Of a stretch of 64,000 bases of DNA, positions 29,227 through 37,231 are shown in pieces. This DNA is from Candidatus Latescibacterota bacterium. Its GTDB lineage: Bacteria > Latescibacterota > UBA2968. The translations under genes were made by a program, and so were the position numbers. A model generated the notes under the pieces. The model was not told the origin of the DNA and did not search any database. It saw only the letters and a list, made by a program, of their open reading frames with translations. Within the stretch, counting starts at the first letter, position 1; each line of letters starts with the position of its first letter. The stretch spans positions 4,448,001 to 4,512,000 of the forward strand of contig OZ220741.1 of NCBI GenBank assembly GCA_965116885.1, read 5' to 3'.

Positions 29227-31197
29227 ATGGCAGAATCCGCACAAAATATTCAGACACAAAAACCGCTCGGCATGGGGTTACGCACGTATCGAACCGCCCT
29301 TGCGTCGGTCGCCATGATCCTGGTCAGTGTGCTGTGGAATGAATGGATGCCGTATTACACATCGGGATCCAACATCAGCCGCAGCCATTTTCCCGTAGCA
29401 CTCTACTATCCCTTTTTAATTTTCTGTGTATGCAACTTGCTGGCAAATCATCGGCAATCAACCTGGGCATTGACGCGGTCGGAATTGCTGGTGGTCCTGG
29501 CTTCTGGACTGGTCGGCATCTCGGTGTCTTACGACGGGATCAGCGGGCATCTGATCGGCGTGGTAGCTGCGCCTTATTATTTCGCCTCAACGGAAAACGG
29601 CTGGACGACGTACTTGCTCGAACATATCCCGCGCTGGCAGGTGCCGACCAATGCGGGCGGAGAAATGACGCGGTTTTACGAGGGTGGAAAGGGAACATTC
29701 CCCTGGCGCGTATGGGTCGCACCGATATTCTGGTGGACGTGTTTTTTGGGCGCAATGGGATTTGCGGTATTCAGCGTCGTGGTGATTTTGCGAAAGCAAT
29801 GGGTGGATTACGAGCGGCTGGCATATCCGCTTGTCGAAGTGGGAAGCCTGCTGACCGATACTGAGCCGGGTGGCACACTGGAAAAAATGCTCCGGTCCCC
29901 GTTGTTCTGGATCGCGTTTGGCCTGGTGATGGCGTTAAAGCTGTGGAATATCGGATCTTATTTTTCGCCAGCTTTTCCGCATATTTCTATTGAGGGAATG
30001 AACTGGCGGGCTTTTCCCGATTTTCCCGCACTGCCCTTTCGCCTCAGTTTTTACGCTATAGGTTTTGGCTATTTTGCGCGATTAGATGTATTGTTCAGCG
30101 TGTGGTTTTTTATCGTCTTGACGGCATTTCAGATCTATGCCTCAAATATTTTTGGGTATCCCCTGGGGGCATCCAGTCTGCACTGGGAAAATGAGCTATT
30201 AAACTGGCAGAGCATGGGCGCACTCATTTTTCTCGCAGTATGGGGCTTGTGGATGGCGCGCACACACTTGAAGGCAGTGTGGCGCAAAGCGTGGGACTCG
30301 AGTTGTGACATAGATGATCGCGGAGAGTTGTTGTCATATCGCACGGCTGTATTTGGCCTTGTGATCTCGCTCGTATTTGCAACGTGCTGGCTGGTCGCAA
30401 CCGGCATGGCGTTGTGGGTTGCGATAGTATTTCTGATTCTGGCGATGTTGTTATTTTTGGGCCTGGCACGCGCTGTGTCCGAGCTGGGTCTGGTCTATGC
30501 CTATTATCGATTGGAGCCAAATGACGCGGTCGTGCAGGCATTTGGTTCGGCATCCATCATGGGGGTTTCGAGCATCACCGCGCTGGCGTTTATGCGGGTA
30601 TTCAATTTTTTTCCCGACATCGGCAAAGGCTTTTTGATGCCGTCGTTTTCGCAGGCGGTGAAAGCAGTGGATAAGACCGTAACCCCCCGGCGAATTACAG
30701 GGGTGATCTGGGCATCGCTCGCCGTGGGCTTTGTGATTTCGATTGTCAACACGCTCTACTTGAGTTATGAATACGGGGCTTATAATCTGGGAAATATGGG
30801 CCTCAAGCACGTTGGTCCACGGGCATTTGATTTTGCGATGAACGCGATCCGAAATCCTCTGGGTCTCGGAGGTGACGGGCGCGTGATGTGGGCGGGGGTT
30901 GGCGCCGGTACAATGGCGATTTTAACCGTGATTCGCTACTGGATCCCCGCCTGGCCGCTGCATCCAATTGGCCTGGCCATGCAGGGGAACTACGGCGTGA
31001 GTAAAACCGTATTCTCGGTATTTATTGTGTGGTCAATCAAAGTTGTCGTGATGAAGATGGGTGGTGTGCAACTGTACGAAAAAGGAAAGCCGTTTTTCAT
31101 CGGCCTGCTGGCAGCGCAAGCGTTCAGCACGGGGTTGGTATTTGTCATAGATTGCATCTGGTTCCCCCTGCAGGGACACAATGTACACAACTTTTAG
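29227..31197 (+). CDS. Polytopic membrane protein, DUF6785/DUF6784-like (putative transporter), copy 1
   Basis: Many TM segments; LRKQWVDYERLAYPL, WPLHPIG, PFFIGL (family assigned from recall of these motifs). Confidence 0.7.
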   Translation: MAESAQNIQTQKPLGMGLRTYRTALASVAMILVSVLWNEWMPYYTSGSNISRSHFPVALYYPFLIFCVCNLLANHRQSTWALTRSELLVVLASGLVGISVSYDGISGHLIGVVAAPYYFASTENGWTTYLLEHIPRWQVPTNAGGEMTRFYEGGKGTFPWRVWVAPIFWWTCFLGAMGFAVFSVVVILRKQWVDYERLAYPLVEVGSLLTDTEPGGTLEKMLRSPLFWIAFGLVMALKLWNIGSYFSPAFPHISIEGMNWRAFPDFPALPFRLSFYAIGFGYFARLDVLFSVWFFIVLTAFQIYASNIFGYPLGASSLHWENELLNWQSMGALIFLAVWGLWMARTHLKAVWRKAWDSSCDIDDRGELLSYRTAVFGLVISLVFATCWLVATGMALWVAIVFLILAMLLFLGLARAVSELGLVYAYYRLEPNDAVVQAFGSASIMGVSSITALAFMRVFNFFPDIGKGFLMPSFSQAVKAVDKTVTPRRITGVIWASLAVGFVISIVNTLYLSYEYGAYNLGNMGLKHVGPRAFDFAMNAIRNPLGLGGDGRVMWAGVGAGTMAILTVIRYWIPAWPLHPIGLAMQGNYGVSKTVFSVFIVWSIKVVVMKMGGVQLYEKGKPFFIGLLAAQAFSTGLVFVIDCIWFPLQGHNVHNF

Positions 31198-31203
31198 AGC
31201 GCA

Positions 31204-32250
31204 ATGATTACCAGAAGAACATTTATACAACAAAGCCTCGCTACTGCGGGTGCGCTGGCAATTGCCCCGTCGGCTTTTGCATCAGCGCCACAGGTGATGA
31301 CCGTAACCGGACCGATAACATCCGAGCAAATGGGGTTCACCCTCCCCCACGAACACATCATGTCCATTTTTGGCGGGCAGCCAGTCAAAGTGGCGCAATA
31401 CGACGAAGAAAAATTATTCGCCAGGGTTATACCCTATCTCAAAATGTTAAAAGTATTTGGCGTGCAAACCATTTGTGAATGCACGGGGGCTTATTTTGGG
31501 AGGCGCGTGGATTTGCTCCGGCGCATCTCACGAGAAACCGGGATGCAAATTCTGACCAATACCGGATATTTTGGCGCAGCGCACGATCGCTATGTGCCAG
31601 CGCACGCCTTTGAAGAAACAATTGATCAAATTGCCCAACGCTGGATTGATGAATGGAAAAACGGGATTGACGGGACGGATATTCGCCCGGGATTTATCAA
31701 AATTGGCGTTGACCCCGGCATGCCGTCCGACATAGACAAAAAGCTCATTTTGGCAGCGGGCAAAACCCATCTCAAAACGGGTCTGACAATTGTCTCGCAC
31801 ACAAGTGGCAGTACGGATGCCGCTGTTGAACAGGTTGCGATGCTCGAAGAAATGGGCGTCCATCCCGAGGCATGGATCTGGGCACACGCACAACGCGTCA
31901 AAGATCCCGCCGACTTATCTCCAGTTGCGCGGGCAGGCGGGTGGATCGGACTGGATGGCATCAGCGATAAAACGCTCAATCAGCATCTCGATATGCTGCG
32001 CCACATGAGAAGATTTCGCGCTTTGGACCGGATTTTGCTTTCTCACGATGGCAATTCATTTGGATATGGCGACCGCCCCTTTAAGCCTTATAATGCCATC
32101 TTTGACCAATTTATTCCGCTGATGCGAAAAGCGAACTTTACCGATGAAGAAATCCACCTGATCACAGTAAGAAATCCACAAGAAGCTTATGCCATTCGAG
32201 TTCGGAAAAGTCAAGTGCAACCACAGATGAACACAGATGAACACAGATAA
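31204..32250 (+). CDS. Tat-exported phosphotriesterase-family metallohydrolase
   Basis: Tat motif TRRTFI; metal ligands HEH, K (FIKIG), H (SHT), H (AHA), D (SHD). Confidence 0.9.
   Translation: MITRRTFIQQSLATAGALAIAPSAFASAPQVMTVTGPITSEQMGFTLPHEHIMSIFGGQPVKVAQYDEEKLFARVIPYLKMLKVFGVQTICECTGAYFGRRVDLLRRISRETGMQILTNTGYFGAAHDRYVPAHAFEETIDQIAQRWIDEWKNGIDGTDIRPGFIKIGVDPGMPSDIDKKLILAAGKTHLKTGLTIVSHTSGSTDAAVEQVAMLEEMGVHPEAWIWAHAQRVKDPADLSPVARAGGWIGLDGISDKTLNQHLDMLRHMRRFRALDRILLSHDGNSFGYGDRPFKPYNAIFDQFIPLMRKANFTDEEIHLITVRNPQEAYAIRVRKSQVQPQMNTDEHR
32222..32250 (+). repeat. 10-nt tandem repeat CACAGATGAA x3 supplying the stop codon
   Basis: cacagatgaa cacagatgaa cacagataa. Confidence 0.85.
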
Positions 32251-32349
32251 AAAGCAAAAGAGCGGGAGGTTGAGGAGCTGGGTCTAATAGCTGACTGCTG
32301 ATAGCCTGGGCTGCTGGGGGTTGGGCGGCCTAACCAACCGGAGATAATC

Positions 32350-33792
32350 ATGAACCGACGCGAATTTATCAAACAAACTGCCGTAGCCACCGTTGCAATG
32401 CCATCGATACTTCGAGCACAGGCAGATGACCGCCCCAATATTGTATTGTTTTTGGCCGACGATATGACGTGGCGAGACTGTGGCGTATATGGCAATGCAG
32501 AAGTACAAACGCCAAATCTGGATCGCTTGGCGCATGAAGGCATGCGTTTTGATAGCTGTTTTACCTCCACGTCCATTTGCGCGCCCACGCGGCAGCAGTT
32601 ATATACGGGAATGTTTCCGATACGTAATGGCGCGTATCCCCAAGGGGGATTTGTGCATCCGGGTGTTAAGAGCATGGCGCATTATTTCAAAACACTGGGC
32701 TATCGCATTGGCATCGTTGGAAAACAACACTACGGACCTTCCGAATCATTTCCCTTTGAAGTATTGAAGACAACCAGAACCAATGAATTGCTGGATTCCG
32801 ATGCGTCTATCCGCGCTATTCAAGCCTTTATTGATCGGGAACCGGATCAGCCCTATTGTCTAGTACTCGCATCTCGCAATCCCCACCTGCCATATACAAA
32901 GGGACCGCAGGATATGTACGATCTAGACAAAGTGACAATTCCACCGTATTTAATCGACACCCCAGAAACGCGAAAACGATTGGCGGCGTACTATGCCGAA
33001 ATTACCGCACTGGACGCCGAATTGGGGCGGTGTATGCAAATCGTCTCGGATAATACACTCGTGGTTTTCTCCACAGAACAGGGATCGGCATTCCCCTATG
33101 GCGGCAAGTGGACTTGTTATGAAAACGGGTTGCACACCGGATTGATCATGCGCTGGCCGGGCAAAATTGAAGCGGGATCTTCCTGCGATGCCCTCGTGCA
33201 ATATGTGGATATATTGCCAACGCTCCTACAAGTTGCAGGTGGCGATCCCACGCAAGTCGATACGGGCAGGGCAGGCGCGCCAGATGGGGGTTCTGGATTT
33301 GACGGGAAAAGTTTTTGGCATCTCGTCGCGGAAAATGGCAATCACCACCGGGATTACGTATATGGCGCTTATACAAATCGCGGTGTTCGGGACGGGACAG
33401 ACTACCCGATTCGCTCGGTGCGCTCCAACAGATATAAATATATCGCAAATCTCAATCACGAAGGCGTGTTTCAGTGCAATGTGACGCGATTTATGGACGA
33501 AATGGGATGGGCAGAAGCAGCCGAAAAAAACCCAGCACTCGCCCCTCGGGTACACGCCTTGCGGCATCGTCCGGCAGTGGAATTTTACGATTTGGAAAAC
33601 GATCCCTACGAGTTGAAAAATCTCTCTGAAGACGCTCAATACGCAGGTATCATGAAAGAGATGCGGACGGAACTCGATGCGTGGATGGCGCAACAAAATG
33701 ACCGCGGAATGGAGACAGAACTGGAAGCGTATGCCCATGTAAATCCAGCATCGGCAAAGTACAAGCAATATCGTGAATCCCAAGATAAATAA
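32350..33792 (+). CDS. Tat-exported Cys-type S1 sulfatase (resembles N-sulfoglucosamine sulfohydrolases)
   Basis: MNRREFIK; PNIVLFLADD, CAPTR, GKQH, FYDLENDPYE. Confidence 0.9.
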   Translation: MNRREFIKQTAVATVAMPSILRAQADDRPNIVLFLADDMTWRDCGVYGNAEVQTPNLDRLAHEGMRFDSCFTSTSICAPTRQQLYTGMFPIRNGAYPQGGFVHPGVKSMAHYFKTLGYRIGIVGKQHYGPSESFPFEVLKTTRTNELLDSDASIRAIQAFIDREPDQPYCLVLASRNPHLPYTKGPQDMYDLDKVTIPPYLIDTPETRKRLAAYYAEITALDAELGRCMQIVSDNTLVVFSTEQGSAFPYGGKWTCYENGLHTGLIMRWPGKIEAGSSCDALVQYVDILPTLLQVAGGDPTQVDTGRAGAPDGGSGFDGKSFWHLVAENGNHHRDYVYGAYTNRGVRDGTDYPIRSVRSNRYKYIANLNHEGVFQCNVTRFMDEMGWAEAAEKNPALAPRVHALRHRPAVEFYDLENDPYELKNLSEDAQYAGIMKEMRTELDAWMAQQNDRGMETELEAYAHVNPASAKYKQYRESQDK

Positions 33793-33809
33793 AAAAACAG
33801 GAGTGTTTT

Positions 33810-35246
33810 GTGTCCACAGATAGAACAGATCAAAAAGCAGCACCTTGGGGCGAGGGCGAACCCATTGGACGTGAGTATCCATCGATACCACTCCTCGAAA
33901 AAATCGCTTATGGCGTCGGCGTCTTGCCGATGAACACAAGTGTCAATTCGATCAAAAAGCTCTCAGGCCCCATTTTTAATATTACGCTGGGCATGCATCC
34001 ATTTCGCGTGGGCAATGTGTTGTTGGCAGCCCGAATATGGGATGCGATTACCGATCCCTTTATGGGATGGCTTTCGGACAACACAAAATCTCGCTGGGGA
34101 CGGCGCAGACCCTATCTTCTTCTGGGCGCAATTTTGACGGCCATTGGCTACGCACTCATTTTGAACGTGCCCAAAGGACTGAGTCAAGACGCACTCTATG
34201 CGTATTTTATGTTTGCCAGTCTGGGCCTCTATACCTGCGTCACCATCTTGCAAGTATCCTACAACAGCCTGGGCTTTGAACTGAGCCACAACTATCACGA
34301 GCGGACAAATATTTTTGCGTACCGCTCGTTTTTTCAGCAAATCAGCACCATTCTCGTGAGCTATCTCTTTTATTTTTGCACGCTCGATATATTTGGCGAC
34401 ACCATGACAGGAGCCAAATACGTCGGCATTGGCGTTGGACTGGTCATTTTTATATTTTTGTTACCCACTGTTTTTTTCGTGCGCGAAGGCCACTCAGAAC
34501 AGGCGGTCAAACAGGAAAAAATACCCGTATGGTGGGCGATTAAAACAACCATGAAGACAAAACCATTTCTCATCCTGAGCAGCCTGACGGTCGTAACCAT
34601 TTTTGGTGGCAATTTCACCCTGGCATTGGGACCTTATGTCAACATCTATCACGTTGCTCAGGGCGATGTAAAATTTGGAGCCGAGATACAGGGACACGCG
34701 GTTTTTATCGGGACCGTCATATCCTTTGCCGCCATTCCCGTGTTGACCTATTTGTCCTCTCGAATCGGAAAGGTCAAAACCCTTGGTATTTCAATTACAT
34801 CCCTTCTCCTGGGCTCTATCTTAAAGTGGTTTTGCTACACGCCAGCGATGCCCTATTTGCAACTCATCGTCCAGCCTTTTGTCCGCATTGGCGAGATGGG
34901 CTTCTGGCTCATTATTACGTCGATGAAAGCCGATATCTGCGATTGGGACGAGTGGAAAACCGGCTTTCGGCGCGAAGGCATGTACGGCGCGGCAACGGGC
35001 TGGTTTCAAAAAGTGACACAGGCGACCACATTCGCGCTCGGGCAGGGATATATTCTGGCAATCATCGGATTTGACGCTACAAAAGGCGTGGCGCAGGATC
35101 CGGGCGTAATGTTCTGGATGCGCTTTCTCTTTGCCGTATTGCCCGCGGTCCTGGCCGTGGCGGGATTGATCTTATTGAAATTTTATGAAATCGACGACGA
35201 AAAAGCCACAGAGATTAAGGCAGATTTGGATAAACGAAATAACTAA
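33810..35246 (+). CDS. GPH-family (MelB-like) MFS sugar:cation symporter
   Basis: RIWDAITDPFMGWLSD, SRWGRRRPY, ADICD..E.KTG.RREGMY. Confidence 0.92.
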   Translation: MSTDRTDQKAAPWGEGEPIGREYPSIPLLEKIAYGVGVLPMNTSVNSIKKLSGPIFNITLGMHPFRVGNVLLAARIWDAITDPFMGWLSDNTKSRWGRRRPYLLLGAILTAIGYALILNVPKGLSQDALYAYFMFASLGLYTCVTILQVSYNSLGFELSHNYHERTNIFAYRSFFQQISTILVSYLFYFCTLDIFGDTMTGAKYVGIGVGLVIFIFLLPTVFFVREGHSEQAVKQEKIPVWWAIKTTMKTKPFLILSSLTVVTIFGGNFTLALGPYVNIYHVAQGDVKFGAEIQGHAVFIGTVISFAAIPVLTYLSSRIGKVKTLGISITSLLLGSILKWFCYTPAMPYLQLIVQPFVRIGEMGFWLIITSMKADICDWDEWKTGFRREGMYGAATGWFQKVTQATTFALGQGYILAIIGFDATKGVAQDPGVMFWMRFLFAVLPAVLAVAGLILLKFYEIDDEKATEIKADLDKRNN

Positions 35247-35255
35247 GTGAAAATC

Positions 35256-37214
35256 ATGGCAGAGCAATTAAAACAACTCTCGGAAACAACGCCCGTGCGA
35301 GCGGTGACAACGCGGTCGGTAATTGCATCGATAGTGGTGATTACTGCAAGCGTGCTGTGGAATGAGTGGATGCCGTACTATACGTCGGGATCGAACATCA
35401 GCCGCAGCCATTTCCCCCTGGCGTTTTTCTTCCCATTTTTGATCGCGTGTACTCTCAACCTGACATTGAATCACTTGCGAGCGGGATGGGGGCTTTCGCG
35501 TTCGGAATTGCTGGTGGTTCTGGGATCGGGTTTTGTGGGAATCGCGCTGGCTTACGACGGGTTGACCGGCCACTTCTTCGGCGTTCTGGCAGCCCCTTAT
35601 TATTTCGCATCTGTGGAAAATGGATGGGGTTTTATACACAACACCATCCCCGCCTGGCTCGCGCCTTCGAATGCCACCGGTGAAATGACGCGGTTTTTTG
35701 AAGGCGGAGGCGGGTCCCCTCCGTGGCGCGTGTGGGCAGTACCCGTTTTCTGGTGGATGTGCTTTTTCGGCGCAATGGGCTTTGGGGTATTTTGCCTGGT
35801 CGTGATTTTGCGAAAACAATGGGTGGATTACGAGCGTTTGGCATATCCACTTGTCGAAGTCGCACAATCACTGGCAGAGACGGAGAAAGGCGGCGGACTG
35901 GAGAAAATATTTCGCTCTCCCCTATTCTGGATCGCATTCTCCCTCGTCATGCTCTTGAAATTGTGGAATATCGCGTCTTATTTCACCCCGGCATTTCCGC
36001 ATATAGACATCGAAGAAACGTTGTGGCAACCGATTCCAGATTTTCCCTGGATGGTGAACCGCCTGAGTTTTTACGCCATTGGATTCGGGTATTTTGCGCG
36101 CCTGGATGTGCTGTTCAGCGTGTGGTTCTTCATTATTTTAACGGCGTTTCAGGTATATGTATTCAATATCTTTGGCTATCAAATCGGCGCAGCAACCCGA
36201 CACTGGACAAGCGATGCCCTGGGCTGGCAAAGCATTGGTGCCTTGATCTTTTTATCTGCCTGGGGGTTGTGGATGGCGCGAGCGCATTTGAAGGCCGTAG
36301 TGCGAAAAGCTCTGTATCCCAACTGCGAGGTGGATGATAGCGGCGAGTTATTGTCCTATCGCATGGCAGTATTCGGCTTATTGGGTGCATTCGCATTTGT
36401 CTCGGCGTGGCTATATACGGCGGGCATGCCCTTGTGGGTGGTATTCTCCTTTCTCATTTTGGCGATGTTGTTATTTTTGGGCCTTGCCCGCGCCATTGCG
36501 GAATTGGGACTGGTCTATGTGTATTATCGCATTCAGCCCCACGATGCAGTGGTGCAGGCATTTGGTTCGGGTATGGTTGGACTTTCCGGTGTGGTGGTGC
36601 TCGGCTTTATGCATGTGTTTAATCAGTGGCCCGATATTGGCAAAGGATTTTTAATGCCGCCGTTTACGCAAGCGGTAAAAGCGGTGGACAAAGTCGTCAG
36701 TCCGCGGCGAATTACACCCGTGCTGTGGCTGGCACTCGCACTGGGCTTCACCATCTCAATAGTAGATACCCTGTATTTGAGTTATGAATACGGAGCCTAT
36801 AATCTGGGCAATATGGGGATGAAGAAGACGGGACCCGTGGCGTTTGATTTCGTAATTACAGAAATAAGAAATCCCCTGGCGCCCGGCGGCAATGGCAGGG
36901 TCATGTGGGCATTTATCGGGATGGGACTGATGGCGGTTTTGACGACCATTCGCTACTGGGTGCCATGGTGGCCCCTGCACCCGATTGGCCTGGCTATGCA
37001 GGGGAATTACGGCGTGAGCAAGACGGTCTTTTCGATTTTTATTGTCTGGTCAATCAAAGCGGTCGTCATGAAAATGGGCGGCGTACAATTATACGAAAGG
37101 GGAAAACCATTTTTCATCGGCTTGCTCGCAGCACAGGCGGTGAGCACGGGCCTGGTATTTATCATAGATTGGTTCTGGTTCCCCCTGCAAGGGCATAATG
37201 TGCACAATTTTTAG
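35256..37214 (+). CDS. DUF6785/DUF6784-like membrane protein, copy 2
   Basis: Paralogue of 29227-31197; shares SVLWNEWMPYYTSGSNISRSHFP and terminal WFPLQGHNVHNF. Confidence 0.7.
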   Translation: MAEQLKQLSETTPVRAVTTRSVIASIVVITASVLWNEWMPYYTSGSNISRSHFPLAFFFPFLIACTLNLTLNHLRAGWGLSRSELLVVLGSGFVGIALAYDGLTGHFFGVLAAPYYFASVENGWGFIHNTIPAWLAPSNATGEMTRFFEGGGGSPPWRVWAVPVFWWMCFFGAMGFGVFCLVVILRKQWVDYERLAYPLVEVAQSLAETEKGGGLEKIFRSPLFWIAFSLVMLLKLWNIASYFTPAFPHIDIEETLWQPIPDFPWMVNRLSFYAIGFGYFARLDVLFSVWFFIILTAFQVYVFNIFGYQIGAATRHWTSDALGWQSIGALIFLSAWGLWMARAHLKAVVRKALYPNCEVDDSGELLSYRMAVFGLLGAFAFVSAWLYTAGMPLWVVFSFLILAMLLFLGLARAIAELGLVYVYYRIQPHDAVVQAFGSGMVGLSGVVVLGFMHVFNQWPDIGKGFLMPPFTQAVKAVDKVVSPRRITPVLWLALALGFTISIVDTLYLSYEYGAYNLGNMGMKKTGPVAFDFVITEIRNPLAPGGNGRVMWAFIGMGLMAVLTTIRYWVPWWPLHPIGLAMQGNYGVSKTVFSIFIVWSIKAVVMKMGGVQLYERGKPFFIGLLAAQAVSTGLVFIIDWFWFPLQGHNVHNF

Positions 37215-37231
37215 AGAATGCCCGCACCGCC

